From an uncultured delta proteobacterium (lineage in GTDB: Bacteria > Desulfobacterota > RBG-13-43-22), in contig CAVUPH010000033.1 of NCBI GenBank assembly GCA_963743305.1, positions 64,001-128,000 of the forward strand: a stretch of 64,000 bases of DNA, in the 5' to 3' direction. Shown one piece after another: positions 40,441 to 49,224 of this stretch. Under the pieces are notes generated by a model. That model was not told where the DNA came from. It made no database searches and saw only the letters and a list, made by a program, of their open reading frames with translations. A program made the position numbers and the translations under genes. Position 1 is the stretch's first letter, and every line of letters begins with the position of its first letter.

Positions 40441-40629
40441 CTAAGTTCCGGCCGGCCGAGTAAAAAAATTAACCAGAAAATTGCATTCCTTAGGCGAAAG
40501 GTCAAAGTGTTTTCCCGCCTCATCGATCAATTCGATCAGGGGAGGCGGTGAATTCAACTCCCGTTGTTCGCTGATCCAACGAATGGCCCGTCTGAGAAGC
40601 TCGCCTTCGGGTAAATCCGGGTGTGTCAT
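40441..40629 (-). CDS. Small hypothetical protein
   Basis: GGAGG RBS; helical GELLRRAIRWISE...FDLSP. Confidence 0.6.
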   Translation of the reverse strand: MTHPDLPEGELLRRAIRWISEQRELNSPPPLIELIDEAGKHFDLSPKECNFLVNFFTRPAGT

Positions 40630-40870
40630 AGGGGGGGTAACCTCCGGGTATATTGACCTAATCGGCCATAAAAACGAATAGATAATACCGAATTCAGAAT
40701 GTTGATGGGGCTGGGACGACTTTGGTCGATCCGCCCGGGGAGGCCGGATCCTCTCCGGCCCTATCTTTTCAGGTTGCGCGGGAGCCCGCCCGCTGCTGAA
40801 AGCGTCACTATCTTAATTTTTATTATAGTGGAAATCAGGGAACAGGTCAATAAAACAACTTCTTTTAAGG

Positions 40871-40899
40871 TTGACAGACTGAGAGTTGATTATTAGTTT
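40871..40899 (+). promoter_or_regulatory. Putative sigma70 promoter of sod
   Basis: TTGACA, 17 nt, TAGTTT in an AT-rich tract. Confidence 0.5.
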
Positions 40900-41043
40900 T
40901 ATTACATTTAATAAGGCTTAGGTAGTTATACCGGCCTATGATCGACGGCGGATCGTTTTTAGCTATAACCGGCCCAATCGGGATGGCGGCTGACAATCGA
41001 CCGGTCAATCCTGCCGGGCCCCAACCTAAAAGGAGGTAAAAGT

Positions 41044-41622
41044 ATGTCTTATGCAGCCAAGGATTTCTCCAAGTTGATCGGTATGGAAGGATTCAGTGAA
41101 ACCCTCTTGAAGAACCATTTTACCCTGTACCAGGGTTATGTGACCAACACCAACAAGGTCCTGGATACCCTGAGCCAGATGCTCAAAGACGACAAGGCCG
41201 GCAGCTACGAATTCGCCGAATTAAAAAGGAGGCTGGGCTGGGAATTCAACGGGATGAGACTCCATGAATATTATTTTGAAAACCTGGGTGGGAAGGGCGG
41301 CCTGAACCAGGGAGGAAAGCTGGCCAAGAAGTTAGTCGAGGACTTCGGCGGCTACGAGGCTTGGGAGAAGGATTTTAAAGCCACCGGTGCGATGCGGGGT
41401 ATCGGCTGGGTGGTCCTTTACCAGGACCCGGCCAATGGGAAGCTGGTTAATTTTTGGATCAACGAGCACGATGTCTCCCACCCGGTCGGCGGCAATCCCC
41501 TTTTAATCCTGGATGTCTTTGAGCATGCCTTCATGATCGATTATGGGCTGAAACGTGCGGATTATCTCGAGGCCTTTATAAAAAATATTCACTGGGGTGC
41601 CGTGGAAGCTCGCTTGAAGTAA
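41044..41622 (+). CDS. Fe/Mn superoxide dismutase family protein
   Basis: Metal ligands KNH, RLHE, LDVFEHA; AGGAGG RBS. Confidence 0.88.
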   Translation: MSYAAKDFSKLIGMEGFSETLLKNHFTLYQGYVTNTNKVLDTLSQMLKDDKAGSYEFAELKRRLGWEFNGMRLHEYYFENLGGKGGLNQGGKLAKKLVEDFGGYEAWEKDFKATGAMRGIGWVVLYQDPANGKLVNFWINEHDVSHPVGGNPLLILDVFEHAFMIDYGLKRADYLEAFIKNIHWGAVEARLK

Positions 41623-41664
41623 CCACCGAATGGTGACTTTCCCCCAATTGGGTGTCTAAAAAGT

Positions 41665-41708
41665 GCGTTGCCGTATCACCATCCGGTGATACGGGGCGCC
41701 TTTTTTTT
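41665..41708 (+). terminator. Rho-independent terminator
   Basis: ccgtatcacc-atcc-ggtgatacgg followed by a T8 run. Confidence 0.8.
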
Positions 41709-41719
41709 GGTCAAAAGGC

Positions 41720-42856
41720 TCAGGTCCTCATCACCGTATCCGGATCGATGGTGGCCGCCCGCCAGGAAGGGATGATAGCGGCCGCCAGGTAGGGAATAAC
41801 TGTGAGAAAAAAGAGGGTCACCACCTGGTAGGGATCGACAAAAGGGGTCAGTCGGTATTCCGGGTAAAGGATGGCCCAACCCTTCAACGCGTGTTCGAAA
41901 AGGACGGCCGAGGTGAAGAATACATGGGCATAGGCCAGGGTGAAACCCAATAAAAATGAAGAAAAGGCCAGGACCGTTCCTTCCCAAAACTTCATCAGCA
42001 GCACGTCCGAGGTCTCCCAGCCGAGGGCTTTCAAAATGCCGATTTCCCGCCTCTCCCCGGCGCTCAAGCCCGAGGCTTTTTCCCAGGCTAAGATGATGAA
42101 GGCCAGGGCCGAAGCCGTAAAAATAACCACGATCATCCCGCTCCGCCAGTCGAAAAGCGAGTCGTAGGTCCGCAGGATTTCGTCCCGGAGGATCGGCCGG
42201 GTGTCCGGCAGCAGTTCGCTAATTTTAAAAGCAATGGTGTTCCATTCCCGCGAATTGCTGACCCGAAGGGCAAAGTCGGTGACATAAGGAGAGGCCAGGC
42301 CAAAAAAACTTCGGAAATCCCGTTCGGAGAGTAAGATCAAGTCTGAACTGATCAGTTCCGATTCGGCGGCCAGGAGGCCTTTAACCTGGAAGATGGCCGG
42401 TTCTCCCCGGTAGTTGCGAAAGGAAAGGAGATCGCCCGGAAAGACCTGCCGGCTTCGTGATATCCCCGCTCCAATGAGGATTTCCCCTGCGGCCCAGGGC
42501 TTCCGGTTCGAGACCATTAAGGTGTAATTAGCCTTTACCGCGGGATCGTAATAGTAACCCCAAAGCCTCGGGGTCAAAGAGGTGACCCCGCGGATTTGAC
42601 GGATTCTATCTGCATAGGCCAGAGGCATCAGGTCATGCCGGCCGGCAATCATCCGCTGGACCAATATCTCCGGCGTACCTTTCAGGATGAGGGCGGCTTC
42701 CTTTTTCAGGGCTTGGGTAAATAGGGTCACCGAACCCAGGAAGAAGACCACTGTCGTAAAGGTCAGTACCAGGGCGATGTTTTTTCCCAGGCGACGTCTC
42801 AATGAGGAAAGGGTGAAGTCGATCAGGTTTCGTTGTTTTTCAATCCAGATTCGCAT
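41720..42856 (-). CDS. FtsX/LolE-like ABC permease
   Basis: One TM, periplasmic domain, three TM; ERREIGILKALGW, AATIDP. Confidence 0.85.
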   Translation of the reverse strand: MRIWIEKQRNLIDFTLSSLRRRLGKNIALVLTFTTVVFFLGSVTLFTQALKKEAALILKGTPEILVQRMIAGRHDLMPLAYADRIRQIRGVTSLTPRLWGYYYDPAVKANYTLMVSNRKPWAAGEILIGAGISRSRQVFPGDLLSFRNYRGEPAIFQVKGLLAAESELISSDLILLSERDFRSFFGLASPYVTDFALRVSNSREWNTIAFKISELLPDTRPILRDEILRTYDSLFDWRSGMIVVIFTASALAFIILAWEKASGLSAGERREIGILKALGWETSDVLLMKFWEGTVLAFSSFLLGFTLAYAHVFFTSAVLFEHALKGWAILYPEYRLTPFVDPYQVVTLFFLTVIPYLAAAIIPSWRAATIDPDTVMRT

Positions 42857-43157
42857 GAGGTGGCCTTAACCTCTGGGGCGGCAGGACGAAAGAGCCGCTG
42901 GGAAAGTGCTCAAACGATAGGGGATGATCCTGGAAAGGAGAATGCCGATCCGCTTGCGAGAGGTGGCGGGTATAGCGGGCCTCGGTAAAAAGGCAGAGAT
43001 CGGTCAGGGTCAGGTCTTCCACCATTCGGCCCATTCGCGTCAGCCTCTCCTGATCCGCCACCACCTGGGTCAAGGCATGAAGGCTGATCAGGATTAACAC
43101 CAGCGTGCAGGCAGTCATAAATACAAAAAAAAGGGAAGAGGGACGCAAGGGGTTCAA
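42840..43157 (-). CDS. Small membrane-anchored hypothetical protein
   Basis: N-terminal TM; LTDLCLFTEARYTRH; overlaps both neighbours. Confidence 0.65.
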   Translation of the reverse strand: MNPLRPSSLFFVFMTACTLVLILISLHALTQVVADQERLTRMGRMVEDLTLTDLCLFTEARYTRHLSQADRHSPFQDHPLSFEHFPSGSFVLPPQRLRPPHANLD

Positions 43158-43627
43158 TCCAGCGGTTTCAGGATCTCGGAGGTGATTTCCTGAAAACGCA
43201 GAATCTTTTTTCCTTTATGATCTTTAAGAAACTCCCGGGCCTCGGCCTCCTTTCCAAAAGGGACTAACTCTTTGCCCATGGGGCCAAAAACGTCGCTGCC
43301 GATGACGTAATAGGCCCGACTCCCCTCGATGCTCTCCAGGGAATAGTAGTCGGTCACGAAAATAGCGGCGGGCTCCGGCCGGGATTTGGTTGATTGGTAG
43401 GGGAAAGGATTCAAGTAGAATTTCATCAGGTCCTTCACCCCATCGAAATACAGGCGGCGGCCGTCGCGAAAAACCGTCTGGGCCACCCAGTCCGGGTATT
43501 TGTAGACGAACATGCCACAAACCGGGCACTTGTCCTTGGGCGTAGGCCTAAGGGGCTTAGGGTCACCGGCCCAGGCCCCGGCAGCCAATAGGAGGGAAAC
43601 AGCTATGAAGAAGGCGGTCTTTTTCAT
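43154..43627 (-). CDS. NosL-family protein
   Basis: Signal peptide, CPVCGM, YFDGVKD, GSDVFGPMG, FLKDHKG. Confidence 0.88.
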   Translation of the reverse strand: MKKTAFFIAVSLLLAAGAWAGDPKPLRPTPKDKCPVCGMFVYKYPDWVAQTVFRDGRRLYFDGVKDLMKFYLNPFPYQSTKSRPEPAAIFVTDYYSLESIEGSRAYYVIGSDVFGPMGKELVPFGKEAEAREFLKDHKGKKILRFQEITSEILKPLD

Positions 43628-43773
43628 AAATTCACCGTGTGGCTTTACGATTCACCCGGGCGCGAGGGTTCGGGGAGCGGGCAGGCGCCTTGGCACACGA
43701 AAAAAAGGAGGATTCCTTTTCCCGCCCCCCCCCTCGCACACCGGGGGTTGGATTTGGTTTTCCTAAGGACCGG

Positions 43774-44286
43774 CTATTTTTTTTCCATCATCTTTTGACG
43801 CATCATCCGTCTTCTTTCGCGGATCATTTTGGTGTCCTCGGCGATATCTTCATAGGCCGTTTTCAGGGCGCCGTCGAAATCCGCCATAGTCCCTCCGTTT
43901 TCTTTCACAAATTTCTCGGCCTCTTCCCTCTGGGCGAAGGCCCACTTGGCCCTTTTGGTCATAACCCCTGGTTTGGCCCCCCCGATCACCCAAACGGCCT
44001 TCTCGGCGTTGATCAGGGTTTTGGTTGAATAGTCGCCGACCCATAACAGCTTGGGCGTTTTATCGAGGTTTAAGGCCAGATCGATCGCCGCACAGTGCAG
44101 GCTGCAAGTGCCGACCTGGGTGCCGTCGTCATACTCGATGAGCATCCGGCTGTGGGCGAACTTTTCACGATCCATCCCGCAATATTTGCAGGAGGTGTGC
44201 TTCTGGGTATCCTCGTGCGCCCATAGCATGGTGGATAAGGACAAAATGAAAAGTACTGAAACCAAAAGTACTAAGATTTTTTTCAT
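43774..44286 (-). CDS. NosL-family protein
   Basis: Signal peptide, CKYCGM, CSLHC, GVM, FVKENGG; AGGAGG RBS. Confidence 0.85.
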   Translation of the reverse strand: MKKILVLLVSVLFILSLSTMLWAHEDTQKHTSCKYCGMDREKFAHSRMLIEYDDGTQVGTCSLHCAAIDLALNLDKTPKLLWVGDYSTKTLINAEKAVWVIGGAKPGVMTKRAKWAFAQREEAEKFVKENGGTMADFDGALKTAYEDIAEDTKMIRERRRMMRQKMMEKK

Positions 44287-44498
44287 AAAACCTCCTGAGA
44301 TAAATACCCCTCTTCTTGCGAGGGGGCATTGTAGCGCAGACGCTACCGATTTAGGCAAATTCTTTCCAGGCCCGGCTCCCTCGCCGACGCAGCGGTTTAA
44401 TCCTCGCTGGGTCGCTCCGGTTCGCTGGATTTTTTCGCGGTAAAGCCCGGGGGCTACCGTCCGGGAGCTCGTTGGGCCGCAAAAATGCGGGTCGGGAA

Positions 44499-44831
44499 TT
44501 ACAGGAGGAAAGGGGGCGGTTTTTGCGGGGTACGCCCGAAAAAGGTCCGGCTGAACGGGTTTGGGGTATCTATAGTTCCTGTCGTCCCCAGATTAAATTC
44601 CAAAACGTTCAGGGACATAATGAGGTCCTGGTCAAAGGAGGGGGATTGTTCCGGTCCGGGACAGGGGCAAGGGGATAAGGCCTCCCCGGTTGGGTGAGGC
44701 CCTTTAGGGGTGCAACAGGCACAGCCCAACCCTTTCTGTCCGAAACAGGCCATCCCCCGGGCATCCCCCCGAGAGGGCAGAAGGCCGATTAAAAGGGCGG
44801 TCAAGAGCAGAAGGATCGATAGTTGTTTCAT
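44499..44831 (-). CDS. Cys-rich secreted small protein with Pro-rich C-terminus (CutF/CruR-like candidate)
   Basis: Signal peptide, CACC and CPCP, C-terminal RTPQKPPPFLL; ATGA overlap with the upstream gene. Confidence 0.6.
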   Translation of the reverse strand: MKQLSILLLLTALLIGLLPSRGDARGMACFGQKGLGCACCTPKGPHPTGEALSPCPCPGPEQSPSFDQDLIMSLNVLEFNLGTTGTIDTPNPFSRTFFGRTPQKPPPFLL

Positions 44832-45376
44832 TTGACCATCAAGGCGGATACCCGTTTATGCAATTCGTCTCTATTGATTTCGCCCAGGATCTTAATCCGG
44901 ATCAGGCCTGCCCGGTCCACGATGAAGGTGGTGGGGATCCCGGTAATTCCGTACCGTTTGGCGGTCGAGGAATCGGCATCCAGGGGGATGGAATAGGAGA
45001 CCTTGAGGCCGGCCAGATAGGCCTCCACGGCCGCGGTGTTTTCCCCCACGTTAATGGAATAAGGGAGAAATCCTTTGCTTTTGAATTGTTGGAATAGGGA
45101 TTCGATGGCCAGAATTTCCTTCCGGCAAAAGGGACACCAACTGGCCCAAAAATGCACCAGACCCACCCGGCCCTTCAGATCGTCCGGCAGGGAAACTTTT
45201 CTTCCTTTCAGGTCCAGGAGGTCGGCCCGGGGGGGGACCTCTCCGATCTTAACGGCCCCTTCGGCTGCTCCCTGCGGCCCCTCTAGACTCAGCCCCAGGC
45301 CGCCTAACCCGATGAGCAATCCTTTAAGGAGGGCTCTCCTCGTCAGGAAATGGGGGAATAACAAATTATCAGGCAT
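44828..45376 (-). CDS. TlpA-family thiol-disulfide oxidoreductase with Tat-like signal
   Basis: TRRALLK, FWASWCPFC, GIPTT. Confidence 0.88.
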   Translation of the reverse strand: MPDNLLFPHFLTRRALLKGLLIGLGGLGLSLEGPQGAAEGAVKIGEVPPRADLLDLKGRKVSLPDDLKGRVGLVHFWASWCPFCRKEILAIESLFQQFKSKGFLPYSINVGENTAAVEAYLAGLKVSYSIPLDADSSTAKRYGITGIPTTFIVDRAGLIRIKILGEINRDELHKRVSALMVK

Positions 45377-45392
45377 ACTATCTCTCGGGTTG

Positions 45393-46403
45393 TTAACAGA
45401 TGCGCGGCAGTTGCTCCCCGGTCAACATGTCGATCAGCCGCCGTCCGCCGATGGCGGTTTTCATAAATACCAGGCCGGGGTTATCCCCGAGTACCCGCCC
45501 GATCCGGGCGGCCCCCCGACCATAGGGGTGCTGCCGCATGGCTGTCAATAATCGATCCGCTTCGGTCGGGGGGGCGACGGCCACCAGTTTCCCCTCATTG
45601 GCCAGGTACAAGGGGTCCAATCCCAGTATTTCGGCCGCGGCCTGGACCTCGTTGCTGACGGGCAGGGAATCTTCCCATATTTCCATTGATACCTGGGATT
45701 GCTGAGCGATTTCGTTTAAAGTGGTGGCCAATCCCCCGCGGGTGGGGTCCCGGAGGACATGGAGGTCCGGGCAAACGGCCAGGAGGGCCTTAACCAGGCC
45801 GTTTAAGGGGGCCACATCGCTTTGCAGCGAAGAGTCAAAGGCCAATCCTTCCCGTTTGGAAAGAATGGTCATCCCGTGGTCTCCCAGAGTCCCGCTGACC
45901 AGGAGAACGTCCCCCGCCCGGGCATTCTGGCCGGCCACCTCGACGCCCGGGGGGATCAGGCCGATCCCGGCGGTGTTAATGAAAATCTTGTCGACATTGC
46001 CTTTGGGAACCACCTTGGTGTCCCCGGTGACCACCTGGACACCGGCCTGCCGGGCTGCTTCGCCCATGGACCGCAGGAGGCGCTCCAGATCAGACAATAA
46101 GAAACCCTCCTCCAGGATGAAGGCCAGGCTTAAATAACGGGGATCGGCTCCACGCATAGACAAGTCGTTTACCGTACCGCAGACGGCCAGAGAGCCGATG
46201 TCTCCGCCCGGGAAGAAGATGGGGTCTACCACGTAACTATCGGTGGTGAAAGCCAGACGGACCCCCCCTAGGTCCAGAGAGGCGCTATCGTTTAAATCAT
46301 TCAGAAAAACGTTTTGAAAATAAGGGAGAACGGTTTCGGCAATCAAGTCGTGAGAAGAGCGGCCCCCGCTGCCATGGTCAAGCATTATTCTATTTCCAGC
46401 CAT
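45393..46403 (-). CDS. hypE: Hydrogenase maturation protein HypE
   Basis: HGSGG, TTDSYVV, DPTRGG, C-terminal PRIC. Confidence 0.97.
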   Translation of the reverse strand: MAGNRIMLDHGSGGRSSHDLIAETVLPYFQNVFLNDLNDSASLDLGGVRLAFTTDSYVVDPIFFPGGDIGSLAVCGTVNDLSMRGADPRYLSLAFILEEGFLLSDLERLLRSMGEAARQAGVQVVTGDTKVVPKGNVDKIFINTAGIGLIPPGVEVAGQNARAGDVLLVSGTLGDHGMTILSKREGLAFDSSLQSDVAPLNGLVKALLAVCPDLHVLRDPTRGGLATTLNEIAQQSQVSMEIWEDSLPVSNEVQAAAEILGLDPLYLANEGKLVAVAPPTEADRLLTAMRQHPYGRGAARIGRVLGDNPGLVFMKTAIGGRRLIDMLTGEQLPRIC

Positions 46404-46561
46404 TGGTCATTCCTTTAAATTCCGATACCGGGCCTTGAATCTCCGGGTTCGGGCCTGGATTCTTTCATAGGATGGTTTTCAGCGGCTTCGGAATGAGCGG
46501 GTGATAAAAAACGCTTAAGGAAAATAGAACAGTTCCAGATTGATCGGGAGGCCAAAGGGAC

Positions 46562-48286
46562 CTATTCGGATTCCCTGGGTCCTTTGGCCAAGGTTCGGAG
46601 CCGTTTGCCGGGATGTTTTTTAGGGGATGGCGTTTTAAGGGACCGATCGGCTCGGACCAGGGATCGGCGTTGGGAGCCTTTGATCTTTTTCCCGGTTTCC
46701 GGTTTGCTTTTTTCTTCTCCGTTTTCTTTGGCCACAAAAAGATTCAAAGTTCGTCCGGCGTGCATTCTTTTGCTTTCCTGAGGATTCCATTTTTTGATCT
46801 GATCGACGGTGATCTCATAGGTGTGGGCGATGGAAACCAAAGTGTCTCCCTTTTTGACCCGGTAGCGAAGGGGTTGCCGACCGGTGGACTGATTTTTGTT
46901 CTCCACCCGGTTTGAACGTTTAGCCGTTTTGGAATTCGCCGATCGGTTGGCTTTTAAAGACGATCCGCCTCCGCTATCTTTTTCTAAGTCTCCCTCGGGG
47001 ATTTCCTCGGGCAACCCCTTCTGGGGGATCAACAGGAGGGTCCCGGCGGCGGGATAGGCGGTCAATTTAACCCGGTTCACCCTGGCGATGGTAGCGGCCT
47101 TGACTCCGTATTTTCGGGCAATGGCGGAGAATCGCTCTCCCTTCTTGACCTTGTGATGGGCGTAGACGGCGCGGGGTTTGGGTTTGGTCAACTGGGCGTA
47201 ATTATCCATCAGGCGTTCCTTGGATCCGAGGGGGATGCGCAGACGGTATTCGGATTCACCCGGGGGGGTGATCCATCGTTTTAATTCCGGATTTAAGTCC
47301 ACCAATTGGCTGACTTCCACCCCGGAGGCGGCGGCCACATCTTTTAATTCTATGGCCGCGGGGAGGGTCACCTCCTCATAAGACAACGGAGGCTGATAGG
47401 AGACGCCGTGAAAACCGTATTTTTCCGGCTCCTTGGCAATCAGGGCGGCCGCGATCATTTTGGGCACGTACTGCTTTGTCTCGTCCTTGATGTAGTTGCA
47501 ATGCTCGGCGGTAATATCCCAATAAGTCTGGGCGTCATACATGGCCAGAGCCCTGGTGATTTTCCCTTCCCCGGCATTGTAACCGGCGGCGGCCAAATAC
47601 CAGGAACCGAATCGTTTGAATAAATCGGACAAATGCCTGGCGGCGGCCTGAGTGGACTTAACCGGGTCTTTTCGTTCATCCACCCAGGAATTGACTTTAA
47701 GTCCGTACCGTTGACCGGTTTCCCGGATGAATTGCCACATGCCCGCGGCCTGAGCCCGGGAATAGGCTTTATTGCTGAAGCCGCTTTCGATCATGGCCAG
47801 ATAGATTAGATCTTCCGGAAGGCCCTGTTCGTTCAATATTTTCTTGATCAAGGGGATATAACGGCCGGATCGGGAAAGCCAGAGCGAAAATCGTTTCGGT
47901 ATCTTGGTCTGGAAGTAGTCCAGGAAATATTCCACCTGATCATTAATGACGAGGGGAATATCATTGGAACCTTCGGATTCCGAAGCGAGGCCTTTTTGCA
48001 GTTCCTTCCACTCTAAAATGACCTTTTTCCGGATTTCCTCCTGAGAGGGCCGGATCACCGGAGGGATTTCATTCACCGTTTCATTTGAGGCTTCCTCCAG
48101 GGCGGCGCCATTATCGGGACCAGCGAGCGCCGGGGAGGGCTTGAGGGTTTCCAACGGTTCGGTTAAAATAGAGGGAGAGCCAACGCGGGCGGGTACGGAA
48201 GCGGCCGAAAGATAGGCCTCCGGGAACAGGAGCAAGGCAAAAAAAACAACCCACGAGAAACAGCCGATCCTTGGCCATTGGTTCAT
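46562..48286 (-). CDS. mltD: Lytic transglycosylase with LysM domains (MltD-like)
   Basis: MIESGF, AAGMWQF, AGYNAG, ETKQYVPK, LysM repeats. Confidence 0.9.
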   Translation of the reverse strand: MNQWPRIGCFSWVVFFALLLFPEAYLSAASVPARVGSPSILTEPLETLKPSPALAGPDNGAALEEASNETVNEIPPVIRPSQEEIRKKVILEWKELQKGLASESEGSNDIPLVINDQVEYFLDYFQTKIPKRFSLWLSRSGRYIPLIKKILNEQGLPEDLIYLAMIESGFSNKAYSRAQAAGMWQFIRETGQRYGLKVNSWVDERKDPVKSTQAAARHLSDLFKRFGSWYLAAAGYNAGEGKITRALAMYDAQTYWDITAEHCNYIKDETKQYVPKMIAAALIAKEPEKYGFHGVSYQPPLSYEEVTLPAAIELKDVAAASGVEVSQLVDLNPELKRWITPPGESEYRLRIPLGSKERLMDNYAQLTKPKPRAVYAHHKVKKGERFSAIARKYGVKAATIARVNRVKLTAYPAAGTLLLIPQKGLPEEIPEGDLEKDSGGGSSLKANRSANSKTAKRSNRVENKNQSTGRQPLRYRVKKGDTLVSIAHTYEITVDQIKKWNPQESKRMHAGRTLNLFVAKENGEEKSKPETGKKIKGSQRRSLVRADRSLKTPSPKKHPGKRLRTLAKGPRESE

Positions 48287-48396
48287 TCGTCCATCCTTTG
48301 CCGTTTGGGTATGAATTCGGTAACCCTGTATTTCAGCGGATTAAGGGATTAAATTTTCTTTTAATTATCACGTCTTGATAAATAATACAACCCCTA

Positions 48397-48479
48397 AAAA
48401 ATTTTAGGAGCCTTCCCGGTTTGAACCATCACCCCGGGTGTTCCAGCAATTGAAAACCGGGAAGGCTCCTAAAATTTTT
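48397..48479. repeat. Perfect 26-bp inverted repeat with 31-nt spacer
   Basis: aaaaattttaggagccttcccggttt / aaaccgggaaggctcctaaaattttt. Confidence 0.9.
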
Positions 48480-48637
48480 AAAAACGGCCGGGAAGGGAAA
48501 AGGGATGGCTAAAATTTTACTCCGGTGACCAGATTTTCTTTCTTCGGTATATTCCGGTTCATTCATCCAAATGCCCCCCTCTTGAAGCCCGGCATACGGG
48601 GACCAGGGATCACCTGCGGTCCGGGCCAAATGGGCTG

Positions 48638-48666
48638 AATGTATTGGCTTCCTTTCCGTTTGTCAA
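48638..48666 (-). promoter_or_regulatory. Sigma70 promoter upstream of mltD leader
   Basis: TTGACA, 17 nt, TACATT. Confidence 0.65.
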
Positions 48667-48752
48667 GGTTTTTTGGTGGCGAATATTCGTGAAACAGTAA
48701 TAATTTCGAGGCGTTATTAGAAAGGGCCGACGGGCTGAATATAGGGGCCAAA

Positions 48753-48799
48753 TAAAAAAGCCGAAGACCCGCCTTTTCCGGCAGACTTCGGCTTTATTT
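48753..48799 (-). terminator. Rho-independent terminator after hesB-like gene
   Basis: aaagccgaag...cttcggcttt stem with a U-tract on the minus strand. Confidence 0.75.
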
Positions 48800-48811
48800 G
48801 ATGAAATACGG

Positions 48812-49132
48812 CTAACAACTACAAGAAGTACCGCAGGTTCCTCCACCGCCCAAGCTGACATCCGAAGTAACCATAAATCCCGAACGTCCCCATTGGTCTA
48901 CAAAATCCACTTTTATTTCTTTGGCCTGCTCCTCCAAACTCTTATCGACTACATAGGTCAGGCCGTTAATTTCAAATACGTTGTCCGTCTCTTTAGACTC
49001 ATCCAGAGCCAAGGCCAAGGAAGGCCCTGATCAGCCACCTTGACTTAAAAAAATACGGATGGGCGAGTTCACATTTTGTTTGGAAAAATAATCTTTAAAT
49101 GCACTTTGAGCCTGTTCGGTTACCGTTAACAT
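48812..49132 (-). CDS. HesB/IscA-like selenoprotein (Sec at codon 34, TGA 49031-49033), 106 aa
   Basis: GAGGG RBS; MLTVTEQA...IRIFLSQGG-TGA-SGPSLALALDE in frame with 48812..49018; C-terminal CGTSCSC. Confidence 0.88.
48996..49010 (-). promoter_or_regulatory. Candidate SECIS of hesB-like gene
   Basis: GGCUC-UGGAU-GAGUC starting 21 nt after the UGA. Confidence 0.5.
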
Positions 49133-49224
49133 AATTAACCCCTCTTTTCTCAATGATATTTCGTTTTGTTTATACTACTTAATGATTTTCTCTAAAAAGA
49201 AATTAGTCACCGGACCACTCTTTG

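Noticed and set aside
43154-44286. N2O reduction (nos) pathway
   Set aside because: Only NosL-family genes are present; no nosZ, nosD, nosF or nosY in the window.
48560-48750. 6S RNA, SRP RNA or tRNA-Sec near the hesB-like gene
   Set aside because: No cloverleaf, SRP loop motif or long 6S-type rod recognisable by eye; a cmscan would be needed.
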